From: a virus
Length of the DNA stretch: 64,000 nucleotides
Direction: 5' to 3' (one strand)
Virus record (IMG/VR): IMGVR_UViG_3300047095_000292
Location: 27,908 to 91,907 of that record
In this document: positions 20,220 through 30,608 of the stretch, piece by piece
Layout of the letters: the number at the start of each line of letters is the position of its first letter
Position numbering within the stretch: position 1 is the first letter of the stretch
Notes under the pieces: model-generated
Told to the model about the DNA's origin: nothing
What the model saw: the letters and a program-made list of their open reading frames with translations, nothing else
The model's database searches: none
Program-made: the position numbers and the translations under genes

Positions 20220-21584
20220 TTAAAACGCAAATCCTCTCTTAGTTACTTTCGTCCCAGTCCTGATAGGAAACATATACTCAGTAAAATAGCGTACGCCGTC
20301 AGTATAGTGTTCAATACCTTCTTTTTTATCAATAACAGCTGTATCTGCATTATTATCCACCCATGATGTACGCTCAAGGCTCGTTATTACACCTTGGCAT
20401 TTACTTGATATATACATATTAGTCTCACCCGCAGCAGTCTTAAACATACGATTAACGCATGCTACACTGTCTACTATGGAAGGAGCCTTAGAATGAGCGC
20501 AAAGTTCAAAACCATTATTACGAAGAATAGAAAAGTCAGTAGTTCCAACGACAGCAGAAGTCTTTCTACTGTTTCCAGACGGATCCGGGTAGACAAATAT
20601 CTTACAATTCTTTTGACCATTTGGCCAGTACCTTCCCTTAATCGCATCACATAATTGCTGTGTGTCTGCTGCACCTTTAAATTCATCTAGACAATGTGCT
20701 TGTCCTCCACGTATAGCCCATGCGCTAGAAGCTTGGATCATAACGTTAAAGTCAATTGCTATATGTATATTCTCAGTGATCTGTCCATTACTATTCCGCT
20801 CCCACTCAGGCAAATCATTCTTTACATGTTCTTTGCGTTTGAAGCAATAGAAGACTGTATTGCCTGATTCTTCAAATGAGGCCAGATATTCCCTTGCCCA
20901 CCTGAGGGGGTCAATTGTGTGTCTAATCGCTTCTGTCTCTTCAATGTCAAGGAGAGGGGATCGTGTGTAATCGAAGTGGTATGACTTCCAGGCAGGATCT
21001 TGTTCTTGCTTATTATACATATCATATAAGTAATCATAGCCTTTCGGTGTGGATATTGTCAAGGATCTACCTTGAGAAGGAGCACCTAGCTGTTTAGCTC
21101 TCTTTGCACCCCATCGTGTAGTAATACAAGGTTGAATAATACCTTCCCAAGCCTCCTTAAATCCGATTCCTTTAGTCCAGTCGCGTACTTCATCATTAAC
21201 AACGAAATAAGCTCCTTTGCCGCGTAACCTTGCGACAGCCTCATAAGAAACCAGTCTAAGATTGACATCCTTTGGGAACCACAAAGCTCCACCGTCTCTG
21301 CTATGTTTGACGACATAGTGTTCCATCCCTAATTGATACATTAACAGTGGATAATAAATATCTGTTACTTGATCATAAGTAGGTGCTATGATATAGACAT
21401 TCTTATTAGGAACTTCTTCCCTTAGCTGGATAAGTTCAAAGACTGCCTGTATCGCAGCAACTGCCCCTAAGTGACTCTTACCAAAGCCTCGACTGCATAC
21501 AGCTACACTATTAACAACTGATTTGTTTACAAACAAGTCTGAGAATATTTGGCTCTGACCATGGTGTAGCTTGATTGTTGTCAT
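20220..21584 (-). CDS. terL: Terminase large subunit
   Basis: Walker A CSRGFGKS, Walker B VVNDE, coupling motif ISTPKG, RNase H-like IAIDFN and HYTDGVRY. Confidence 0.95.
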   Translation of the reverse strand: MTTIKLHHGQSQIFSDLFVNKSVVNSVAVCSRGFGKSHLGAVAAIQAVFELIQLREEVPNKNVYIIAPTYDQVTDIYYPLLMYQLGMEHYVVKHSRDGGALWFPKDVNLRLVSYEAVARLRGKGAYFVVNDEVRDWTKGIGFKEAWEGIIQPCITTRWGAKRAKQLGAPSQGRSLTISTPKGYDYLYDMYNKQEQDPAWKSYHFDYTRSPLLDIEETEAIRHTIDPLRWAREYLASFEESGNTVFYCFKRKEHVKNDLPEWERNSNGQITENIHIAIDFNVMIQASSAWAIRGGQAHCLDEFKGAADTQQLCDAIKGRYWPNGQKNCKIFVYPDPSGNSRKTSAVVGTTDFSILRNNGFELCAHSKAPSIVDSVACVNRMFKTAAGETNMYISSKCQGVITSLERTSWVDNNADTAVIDKKEGIEHYTDGVRYFTEYMFPIRTGTKVTKRGFAF

Positions 21585-21727
21585 CTAGTATTATCCCACA
21601 CTGCTCTTACAGCAATGCGAGCCTCCTGTAGTGTTTTAAATTTACCAAGATCAGTCCGTACTGATTTCAAATAGAAATGTACACTATATTCATTACTGCG
21701 GACCATAAGGTATATAATTGGTTTCAT
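21581..21727 (-). CDS. 48-aa AP2-like domain protein, possible HNH-AP2 remnant
   Basis: ...DLGKFKTLQEARIA...; ATGA overlaps at both ends. Confidence 0.45.
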   Translation of the reverse strand: MKPIIYLMVRSNEYSVHFYLKSVRTDLGKFKTLQEARIAVRAVWDNTR

Positions 21728-21915
21728 GCACTTAATCCTTCCGGTACACTAAATTTATACTTTTCTTTTCTAGGAACAATGACAAGAGCACGTGTTGCAC
21801 CAAGGACTTCTTTCTTAACAAGTGCAATGATCTTATCATACCCTTCAGAAGGATGAAGATCAATATCATACTTTCTAAAGGAGCCATCCTGCATACGTAC
21901 GCCTACTGTTAACAT
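21724..21915 (-). CDS. Hypothetical protein
   Basis: Tightly packed ORF between the terminase genes. Confidence 0.55.
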   Translation of the reverse strand: MLTVGVRMQDGSFRKYDIDLHPSEGYDKIIALVKKEVLGATRALVIVPRKEKYKFSVPEGLSA

Positions 21916-21917
21916 GG

Positions 21918-22373
21918 CTATTCCTCCGGTCCCTTGAAGGACATATTATCTTCCTCATTACGGTCTACACCTAGAACACTTGTGTCAAAATCTACGGGTG
22001 ATCCAGCTAATTGAATTGTTACAGGAGCTAGTGCTTGTGTGGTAACTTCAACACCTTCAGTTACGCGTGCATAGCCATAACGCATTAGTTCTGTAATACA
22101 GCGTTGCTGTGTGGCAGTTAATTGTGCATGTGCCATTGTCGAGTATTTTGTTCTAGGTAGGTCAAACTCGTCATGTGTCATGTTATATAGTTGCCTAGTA
22201 ACTTCCTTATATAACTTTACCATTTCTGCAATAGGGTCAAAGCCTAGTTCCTCTAGCTTTTTAGCTGCTCTACGTGATGCAATATTAACACTACCGACTG
22301 GCCTACCAATGCCTGTCTTAGAATTCTCACCGCCTGGGAGGTTGAATCTGGGCTTATCAGTCTTTTCTTCCAT
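21918..22373 (-). CDS. Probable terminase small subunit
   Basis: GRPVGSVN N-terminal motif, helical body, upstream of terL. Confidence 0.6.
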   Translation of the reverse strand: MEEKTDKPRFNLPGGENSKTGIGRPVGSVNIASRRAAKKLEELGFDPIAEMVKLYKEVTRQLYNMTHDEFDLPRTKYSTMAHAQLTATQQRCITELMRYGYARVTEGVEVTTQALAPVTIQLAGSPVDFDTSVLGVDRNEEDNMSFKGPEE

Positions 22374-22466
22374 TATTTACCTCCTTCTTTATATAAGTTA
22401 GATATTTCGTTATAGACTTCTAAACTGCACGTTGTCTCGTGAGTATAGGTTTGTAGAAGTTTCACC

Positions 22467-23957
22467 CTACGGGCATCCGCTCGTCCTTCTGCTACAATCT
22501 CTTACTGCCATTCTCAAGGCCTCTATCTCTTTAACCAACTCAGCTTCTCGCTCAAGTAACTCCTCAAGAGTCCTATCATGTGCAGTTGGTGGCTTCACTC
22601 TCATTGAAAATAGAAAGGCTAATGCGGTCAGTATAGCTCCTAGAGCAAGATCGTAACTCATTTCTTGCCCCCTACAGAGTATCGCATCAGAACAGCAAAG
22701 CATCCTAATGTAAGTGTAAGCTCACCGGACATTGCAGCAGGCGGTGGGTATGCCGCTAATGCCTCCAGAAAGGTCTCCTTCTGTGGCCAGTGTGCTGCAA
22801 AACAGGCAATCGTAGAGGTGCTCCATAGGAGGCTACCTAGTATGCTTTCGAAGACTAGCGTAATATAGTTTCTGATATTCATAACGACACTATACATACC
22901 TACGGATCCACTTATAAGAAAAGCAATAGCCCATAGATTCTCGTTTGCAATAGCTGCCATCAATGTGTATGTAGTACGACTCGGTGTAAACAATACAACT
23001 GGCAGTAATAGTTGAAATGCCCAGAAAAGTGAACTAAGAGCGATAAGATATCGCACTGCAATAAAGTCAGCTTTCCAGAAGATACATGCATTTTTTCTAA
23101 GTAATGCTCTCATAGATCTACACACCTTTCCTTGAGACGTACATTATGCTCTCTCAGACTGAATCTATATTTGTAACTTACAGTAGCTACCACACACCAC
23201 TTTCCTGATAGACCTGGAGGAATTGGATGTACCTTTGTGTAATTAGTAGATCTGAGCGTTATTTCGGATAGGCTTATAACTCTACCATTTCCATTAATAA
23301 GATCAGTTGTTATCTTGACAGTGTTATTATTAATATGCGTAAACTGCCTGGTAATAACAAGATGACCAGATGCTGTTGCTATTGTAACATTAGTTTCCTG
23401 CTCAACCAAAGGTGCCTCTAGATAGACAGTATCAACACCAGTCAGGAGAATACAAAATGTTAATACAAATACAATTATACCTATTCCTTTGGCGATTAGA
23501 TTAGTGCTCATAATGCCACCTGTATCTTAAAGTATGACCATATAGCTAGCCCAGTAACTACTATGGCAGCCCATACAATACTCTTTACAACAAATGTTGT
23601 AACTTCTATAATTAATTTCTTTCTATCAGCCTTAGAGTCTATGATGTCGACATGATAGTCATGATGACGAATAGGATCTTTCTGAGGAAATCCTGAGAGT
23701 ACCTTCTCCTCTACATTATTCACGGCAGATAATAAAGTATCCTTAATAATCTTTATCTCCTTGTCTTCTTCATACATATGTCTATCTAATGTATCCACTA
23801 CTGACCTTAATTGGTGAGACATATCATCGAACTTTGCATCCATCGTTTCAAATTTCTGAAGCATTACCTGATGGTGTCCCTTAATTTCAGTGACAAATAA
23901 TTGTAATTCGTTAGTCTCATGATCATTGTCATGATTACCTTTATCTCGGATAACCAT
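22467..23957 (-). CDS. Cluster of four overlapping membrane-protein genes (23508-23957, 23110-23511, 22658-23112, 22467-22661), possibly lysis-related (holin/spanin-like)
   Basis: Each has one or more hydrophobic segments; overlapping starts and stops; no endolysin recognised. Confidence 0.45.
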
Positions 23958-24034
23958 GGTATTTCCCTTGAATGTTAATGTAATTGTCTATTGAAAAATA
24001 ATTATAATTACTATAATGATTATTTGTTATAATG

Positions 24035-24111
24035 ATTATATTTGTAATGATTATAATAATTAGTTATTATTAGTATTATATTTGTAATGATTATAATAAT
24101 TAGTTATTATT
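24035..24111. repeat. Tandem 37-bp direct repeat (40-bp period) in a very AT-rich intergenic tract (~23960-24215)
   Basis: ATTATATTTGTAATGATTATAATAATTAGTTATTATT at 24035 and 24075, plus partial copies nearby. Confidence 0.8.
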
Positions 24112-24245
24112 GTTCTTATTTGTAATAATGATTATTTAGATAACTTAGGTTGGTATAGCTATTGACAGTAATATTGATAGTATTACTGATAGTATAATTA
24201 TACCCTTTACTCTTATATAGCTGCTGGTAATAAAGGGGGGACAGG

Positions 24246-24269
24246 CTTATCATTAATTTAGCGGGTTCG
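24246..24269 (-). promoter_or_regulatory. Candidate phage RNAP promoter for the packaging/structural module
   Basis: CGAACCCGCTAAATTAATGATAAG, repeated at 58897-58920, 33408-33431 and 8136-8159. Confidence 0.6.
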
Positions 24270-24320
24270 TGTAAGGAAATCTTTGACTATTTGTTACTAA
24301 AATCCCCCGTAGGAACTTGA

Positions 24321-24424
24321 AAACAAAAAAAAAAAAAAAATAAAGGAGACCCTCTAACTAACACTATACCTACCCAATTAAGGGCAAGTATAGTGTTAGT
24401 TAGAGGGTCTCCAATTTTTATTTT
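24321..24424 (-). terminator. Long hairpin (25-bp perfect inverted repeat) followed by U16; possibly bidirectional
   Basis: Arms 24345-24369 and 24388-24412; inner 6 bp pair via G.U only on the minus-strand RNA; A16 at 24325-24340; T-rich on the other side. Confidence 0.8.
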
Positions 24425-24460
24425 TTTAATAGCTTCAAGACAGACCGAGTTGCGCCTCCA

Positions 24461-26078
24461 TCACCTTTCCCGTTCCTGTGCCAGTCGCGCATCAAGCGCA
24501 GAAGTGTCTTGTGGGAGGGCGAGGGCGTCAACTGCCGCGTCAAGTATGTGATCCAGTGCATCATACGCAGCAAGATCATTCCTATTTCCGCACCAATGTT
24601 CGCTAATATGCAGCAACGCCGCCCGCAGCCTCGCATTGTCGGCCTGTGCTTCTGTACGCAGCCTATACTCGTTCTCCCATAGTTTCGTCATGGCGGCGAG
24701 TTGTTCTTGCAACGTATCGTTCCAGTTGTCCAGCTTCACGCCATACTGCGTCAGGTCATCCACCTGTCGGCGCAGGGTTTCGTATTCCTCGACCGGGATC
24801 ATCACTGTGTTGCAGACTCGGTTACTCATGTCCTGCTCGTACTGGGTCTGGCCTTGATCTGTGTCCTTGAACATCACACTTCTCCTTCTGGTAGGCGGTA
24901 GAGGGGTTCTGCTTCGTACCACATCAACGGGCCATTCCTCTTAATCTCCGCAATCAGCGCGGCGCGGGAGGCTTGCCATGCTTCCCAATCGGTTTGCAGT
25001 GCTGAGAATTCGGTGTAGCGTTGCTCATCCTCATGCCATTTGCCATACATCTCAAGCGGTAACTTTGCCCGAGATACGAACCACTTCTCAAACGCTTCTC
25101 GGCTAGTCATCGTTCAACTCCTTTCTTGCCTTGTTCCAATGCTCGTAGGCGGCACCACTTGCGCCGCTAGGAAATGCGGCCTTGAGTGCCGCTTCGTAGT
25201 GTTCTATTGCTGCGATCAGCTTAAGGATGGTGGCGGGGTTGGCTAACCGACGGAACCTAGCTCCACACATAAGATCATTAGCAATAGCTTCATCGTCATC
25301 GCCATTGGTCTTTGCATCTATCGCCGCCTCCGCAGCGGCCTTCAGTTCAGCGAGCTTGTTCATCGTGTTCTCCCATTGCTGCGTCGATGGCGTCACGCAG
25401 TTTGACCAACTCCGCGCAACTGATTCCGTAAAACACGCAGTCGGTGGCTCTACTTTCAATCAGAATCTGAGCGTGGCGTGGATTTGATTCAAGCCAATCC
25501 AACCGTGCAGCATCCTTCCGCAGTTCGGCGTTCTCAGCTCTCATATTTCCAATCTGTGTTAGCAGTAATTCCTCTCGCCTGATGGAGGCCATTAGATCGG
25601 CTTCCAGTTTAGCAATGCGCTCCTCGTAGAACGCTGTACTTCTACTGTGTAAGGTGTTCATCACTTCCCCTCCTTGCGCGGCGTCGATCATATAGCGCCA
25701 CGCTTTCTTAGCGTCGTGTCTCATGCCTTTAACTTGAACAGGCTCCCACGAATCGGGCCAGACACTGTTCTCTTGAAATGAAGCCATACCCATAGCGCCT
25801 TGCTCAATCATCGCCTCAGTCGGCTCCCTCGGCACAAGCACCATGCCTTCAGGTATCGCGGCTGCGAGCGGGAAGGTGTACAAGTACATATCCTCCTCGT
25901 CATCCTTCGGTTCTTTTGAGGCAATCCAATACAACTCGCGCCCTTCTGCTATTGCCACCGGCTCCTGCGCTTCCTGTACTGCTGCGATCAGGCGGTGTGC
26001 GAAGTCGAGCATCTGTAGTTCAGGGGCTATGTTCAATTCCCTAACCACGCGCAGCGCAATCTCGTCAATGTTCATCAT
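24461..26078 (-). CDS. GC-rich block of small hypothetical genes (24461-24874, 24874-25110, 25103-25363, 25347-26078) of temperate-phage accessory type
   Basis: Visibly higher GC; motifs REAFEKWF...WEAWQASRAA, LANPATILKLI, VPREPTEAMI and LRKDAARLDWL are typical of lambdoid accessory genes. Confidence 0.65.
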
Positions 26079-26136
26079 TTCTCCTTGGTGTATAACTCAG
26101 TGGACGCACCATCTAGGGTACACATCGCGTTAGCCG

Positions 26137-26355
26137 TCATCTGTATGTTGCGGGCGGTATCACCCAAAAGTGTTTCACGTCACCGTCCAGCCGGACCGCC
26201 AAGCCGTCACAAATGTGCTTTTGGCCCGTCGCTTCACTTTCATCCTCGACATAGAGGAAATAGTTAAGGGATCGGTCTGCGAGTTTCTTTATCTCGCCGC
26301 CTGTAAGTGCGGTTTGGTCAGTTTCGTAAGCAACCGCATCAACGGTATTCCACAC
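26137..26355 (-). CDS. Bacterial multiubiquitin-domain (beta-grasp) protein
   Basis: VD..AYET...LTGGEIKKLA...L...I.DG.AV.L...KHF...PPAT pattern. Confidence 0.6.
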   Translation of the reverse strand: MWNTVDAVAYETDQTALTGGEIKKLADRSLNYFLYVEDESEATGQKHICDGLAVRLDGDVKHFWVIPPATYR

Positions 26356-26779
26356 AGAGTTATCCTTAAAAGTTCATTTCAAGAAAGTCCAGCAGATCTT
26401 CCATCTTTTCAAATGTCTTGCTCTGAGGACGATCTTCTGCTTGGAACCATTTAATCATAATCTTACCGGATGCTGTAGGAACAACTGTGAAATTCGTCCA
26501 ATCAAATACTGGAAGGTCAGACATTTTTAATTTCCTTTTGTTTGCTCTTCAATAGTGCTTTAGAAAAAGCGATAAGTTCATCATTATTGCTCATGAATGT
26601 ATGCAGCCTTAAAACATTATTGCGTCTATCTACAATGTGCTTGTCAGCTATCTTTAATATTGCCTTGCGAAGTTTACTTTCATCCATCTTTTCTTCTCCT
26701 GTTTACTACGTAAAATCCTTATAGATAACTACGGTATTCTATAGTTATACTAAAGACTCTCCTAGTCTGCTAAGCTCTA

Positions 26780-27790
26780 CTAGTATCGCCCAGCGATCAC
26801 TGTCTTAATATCCTTCAGGTGACGATAGAATCCGCCTCCAGTTATCTTAAACTTATTCTGGATACGACCACTAATCCATTTAGCAAGTTCGTCTGCATCA
26901 TTGTTTGACATATCTTTTGGATACTCAATACGAATACTTGCGCCTTGTTGAATTTTACTAAGCAGCTCTTCAACTTCTAACTGATAAGGTGTCCATGTAC
27001 TTGGTCCCCTAGATTTCTTATAAGGAGCATCTGTTGTTTCCATCTTAGGTTCCTTACGTAGCTCTGCCAAGATTTCCTTCAACAACTGTGTTTGTTCTTC
27101 TACCATAGCCTTCCATATAGGATGCACTTCTGCATTTGAAGCAATATCTTTTAATAGCCTGTCAGTAGCTTTCTTAAGATCCTCTTTATCAGCCGTAACA
27201 TTCATTGTTTTCATTCCTTTGTTTTGATTAGGGATATGTGGTATTTTTAATTCACTAGGCAATTTATATAGTAAATTCGGAAATGTACCAGACTCTACAA
27301 TATCACCTGTCTTAATTAAATACTGTACCCATTCTTTAACAGTTGCATCTGGCATATGCAATGCTTGGATACTTGAGTCTCTTGCTAATTTCTTTACGCT
27401 TTTAGGACCTACTGCAAGCGCAGCTTTAAATGTCTTCGCTACAATATCAGCTCTAAATTTCTCAGACTCTGGTAGAGCTTCGTAAAATTTCATACAAGCG
27501 AAGCAAAAGCTGCTTCCATCCTCATATTCTTGTCTTGAGTCTTTATTACCACACTTACAGGGTAAATTGCGTTTTACTATTAATCCCATTTGGGATTCCC
27601 ATTTTGTAATGCGGCGAATATCTCGTCTGACACTTAGCAGGAATTGTTTATCGCTAGAGGTACCTGCGATAGATATGACCTGTCCTTTGGGTGATTTTAG
27701 CTTGTAATGCTTGCCTCCATTTGTAAGTTCCCAACCTGTTTTAAGTAGTGGCGCGAGTAGCTCATCTAGCTCTTTAGACTGTGTCTGCAT
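26780..27790 (-). CDS. Mosaic protein: HicA-like N-terminus, primase-type zinc finger, possible HTH
   Basis: GWELTNGGKHYKLKSPKGQVISIAGTSSD; CKCGNKDSRQEYEDGSSFCFAC. Confidence 0.55.
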   Translation of the reverse strand: MQTQSKELDELLAPLLKTGWELTNGGKHYKLKSPKGQVISIAGTSSDKQFLLSVRRDIRRITKWESQMGLIVKRNLPCKCGNKDSRQEYEDGSSFCFACMKFYEALPESEKFRADIVAKTFKAALAVGPKSVKKLARDSSIQALHMPDATVKEWVQYLIKTGDIVESGTFPNLLYKLPSELKIPHIPNQNKGMKTMNVTADKEDLKKATDRLLKDIASNAEVHPIWKAMVEEQTQLLKEILAELRKEPKMETTDAPYKKSRGPSTWTPYQLEVEELLSKIQQGASIRIEYPKDMSNNDADELAKWISGRIQNKFKITGGGFYRHLKDIKTVIAGRY

Positions 27791-27844
27791 GATATTCCTT
27801 TAAATAAGAGAAGGTTTATAGTATAAAGCATATCACTATTTTCC

Positions 27845-28726
27845 TTAATCACTCGGTCGTAGTCTGTAAGTCTTTTCTACTTTATATCCAACACCTGCAT
27901 TAACTATCGTATCCTGTATCCAGTATGTGACATACCCATCTTTGGTTTTAAAGCGATGGTCATGTCCCATGCGAATATGTTCTCCTGGTCGATATCTTTC
28001 AACTATATCAGTCTCATCTGGAGCTTCAGCGTTGCTGCTGCTAATCTTGTTCTTAACCTCTATGACTAGCTCCTTATAATGTGTACCAATCCGTTCCTTC
28101 AGCTTACAACCCTTCTTAAGTCTAGGGGTAGAATCCCTCACTGTCACATTCTTACAAGCAAGCAGCATCATCATTTGTAGCACACTGGTAAATACCCAGT
28201 TCATTCTGCCGACATAAACTTCACTACCTTTAAATTGGTACAGGCCTACCTTTTGTCCACCTAAGTTTTTAGGGCGATAGTAACCAACTATGCGGCCATC
28301 TTCCATTGGAACTGTAGGATTTCCTTCTACAACAATTTCAACCTCATCTTCTTTTAGAACAAAAGTCGCAAGAATTGGAGCAAATAGCCAGCTAGCACCT
28401 ATGGTACGGGTAATATAGAGCATCTGTATTGCTTCACCAGGTCCGGTTTGCGAGAGCATAAGAATATCACACAGATCACCTTTTTCAAAGCCCTCTTGAA
28501 ACTCAAGTACCATATGTCTATACGGAAGACAGAAGCGTCTCACTGTAAACTTCTTTGAACTAATCAATACACCGTTATTAGGCAACTTAAATACTGGAGC
28601 CTTTTTATATACACGCAGTGCATTTTCAAGTATATCACTAGCTTGCATAAAGGCAGTATCAGCCCCTGCAGGCTCTTTAGGAAGGTAGACATCATCCTTC
28701 TTGATCTGACTAATAAACGTCTTCAT
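27845..28726 (-). CDS. Hypothetical protein with C-terminal H-x-R-x-GH motif
   Basis: RPGEHIRMGHDHRF...WIQDTIVN; strong SD. Confidence 0.6.
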   Translation of the reverse strand: MKTFISQIKKDDVYLPKEPAGADTAFMQASDILENALRVYKKAPVFKLPNNGVLISSKKFTVRRFCLPYRHMVLEFQEGFEKGDLCDILMLSQTGPGEAIQMLYITRTIGASWLFAPILATFVLKEDEVEIVVEGNPTVPMEDGRIVGYYRPKNLGGQKVGLYQFKGSEVYVGRMNWVFTSVLQMMMLLACKNVTVRDSTPRLKKGCKLKERIGTHYKELVIEVKNKISSSNAEAPDETDIVERYRPGEHIRMGHDHRFKTKDGYVTYWIQDTIVNAGVGYKVEKTYRLRPSD

Positions 28727-28739
28727 TTCTCTTTTCTCC

Positions 28740-29157
28740 TTTTATTGTACTCGAGAAGAACTCTAGAAAGGTGCACTCCCAAACGATCTGAAATGCTAAC
28801 GTAGAGTCTTCCGACCCCGATCATATCTCACGTAACAGGGCATTCTAAAGTTCAACCGGCTACAAGCTAGAGAGCGACTCTAACATGACGCTAGGGTTAC
28901 TTGCTTCCCTTTGTCCCTTCTATGACTCCCCAAATTTCCCATCTCTAGGTCTTTGAAAAGGCGGACAGGTTAGACTCTAGGAATCTCTTATATAACCCGA
29001 TCCATGCCTAGAACATGGACTTTTTTGCGCGTTCTCTCGCTAAAGAGAACATCTCAATTAAACTTCCTTTTCAGGTTAGTCAGGGTATCTTTAAGCGTAG
29101 CAAACACTGTTAAGTGTCTGACCCTGACTTTCACAGGGTTGTACCTAGCAGATCTTG
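28740..29157 (-). ncRNA. Candidate structured non-coding RNA (~420 nt)
   Basis: No minus-strand ORF of 60 aa or more; several hairpins (AGTCAGGGT/ACCCTGACT, GTTCTCT/AGAGAAC, TCCATG/CATGGA); strand assumed from context. Confidence 0.4.
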
Positions 29158-29406
29158 TTACCTTGCTACACAGAGTACATGCATTAAATCTGAGTGATCA
29201 TTATCAGCATTGAATAGCAATTTGAAACGTTGACCAGTCTTGCTATTAACCATGATAATATAAGCAGGGTCTACATCACCTATATGCTTATCATACATTG
29301 CAGTCCAGGCACCACTAACTTGTACACCCATGTTATATGCATCATGATTGAATGGGTTAGCACCTACTGGAATTGGGTCCATTTGAACTATTTGCGGTAG
29401 TTTCAT
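29158..29406 (-). CDS. Hypothetical protein (MKLPQIVQMD...)
   Basis: SD AAGGAG then ATG 29406, directly after the poly-T tract. Confidence 0.65.
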   Translation of the reverse strand: MKLPQIVQMDPIPVGANPFNHDAYNMGVQVSGAWTAMYDKHIGDVDPAYIIMVNSKTGQRFKLLFNADNDHSDLMHVLCVAR

Positions 29407-29422
29407 TTTGTTTCTCCTTTGT

Positions 29423-29486
29423 AAACAAAAAAAAAAAAAAAAAAAAAAAAAATAATGGACAGGTACTGTTTCCAATCCCTGTCTAT
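29423..29486 (-). terminator. GAAA-capped hairpin followed by U26
   Basis: Minus strand ATAGACAGGGATTG-GAAA-CAGTACCTGTCCAT; A26 at 29427-29452. Confidence 0.7.
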
Positions 29487-29879
29487 ATTCCCTTTTAAAG
29501 AATCGTCCACTCAGCATCTTCGCGTTTAAAGCCAAGGTCATCTACAAGACCTTCAATCAGTTCATTTCGGTTCATATAGGAATGTTCCTTGATGTACTGT
29601 ACAACTTGCCAGTCGCGTTCACTCATGGTGCTCTCCTTTGGTTATGAAACAAAGTATTCATGGTAAGCCCTAGCTCCCAGTATTGCGCTAGGATTTACAC
29701 TAAAGCTTTTCTTTACAGGTCAAACAGCTTCATGGCTTCTTCGCGTGATGCGAAGATTCCCATTACAACGTGGTCTGCGGACATGACCAGGAAACCGTGA
29801 TGTGTTTTGCGGATTGCCATTTTAAAGCTCCTTTTGTGGTGGTGGTTGTATTCATATAAGATACCACAAAAGCCGCAGT

Positions 29880-30608
29880 TTAAAGAGGCCGACAAATGAT
29901 ATTAAATGACACTATATTTTCTTTCCAGATACTCTTCTCATTCTTGAAGAAATTATTTGGTCTGAATAAAGGAGGTTGATGCAGCTTTGTACGGTATCCC
30001 AGATCCCAAATATACTTTCGAAGCATTGGGCTATTTTCCTTTCGGTCATCCTCAAGGTAAATAATAGGACGACAACGTTTAATTGTCTCAGTTGCTCCTT
30101 TTAGGACTTCTAACTCAAATCCCTCAACGTCAATTTTCATAAAGCCAACATCAGGGTATTCAAGTGCATCAATTGCGACTACAGGTACCTTGATACTTCC
30201 AAGTTCTCCCATCTTTCCTACAGATACGCCACCATGATTTACCTTTGTATCCGTAGCAAGTAGAGGCATAATTGTTTCACCAAGGCAACTACCCACTGCT
30301 GCATTATGAATTACGCCTTTGACATTCATTGCAGTAACTTTTACAATATTAGGTTGTGGCTCAAATGCCTCACAGGTAAAGCCAGCTACTTCTAGAGCCT
30401 GACTAATGCATCCGAAGTTAGAGCCAATGTCCAGACACAGACGATTCTTACCAGCCTCTGTAGCAAGACTAATAATCATCTCTGTTTCTTCTGGACTGAA
30501 CTCTCCGTAATTTTCAAGGCTAGGCGCAATGTAAATATCATTCTCTAGATAGTAGGTTGTTCCCCAACGGCCCTCAATACTCTTCATGTACCATTTCTCC
30601 TCTTGCAT
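29880..30608 (-). CDS. FkbM-family methyltransferase
   Basis: LDIGSNFG, AFEP, MKIDVEGFELEVLKGA. Confidence 0.9.
   Translation of the reverse strand: MQEEKWYMKSIEGRWGTTYYLENDIYIAPSLENYGEFSPEETEMIISLATEAGKNRLCLDIGSNFGCISQALEVAGFTCEAFEPQPNIVKVTAMNVKGVIHNAAVGSCLGETIMPLLATDTKVNHGGVSVGKMGELGSIKVPVVAIDALEYPDVGFMKIDVEGFELEVLKGATETIKRCRPIIYLEDDRKENSPMLRKYIWDLGYRTKLHQPPLFRPNNFFKNEKSIWKENIVSFNIICRPL

Noticed and set aside
24000-24130. CRISPR array
   Set aside because: Only two adjacent AT-rich copies with no spacers, and no cas genes.
29100-29150. c-di-GMP-I riboswitch (GGTACAACCCTGTGAAAGTCAGGG)
   Set aside because: It lacks the downstream GACGCAAAGC element; the resemblance is limited to a GAAA-containing hairpin.
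29407-29541. Poly-Phe N-terminal extension of ORF 29158-29541
   Set aside because: It is the translated poly-T tract; the SD-supported start is ATG 29406.
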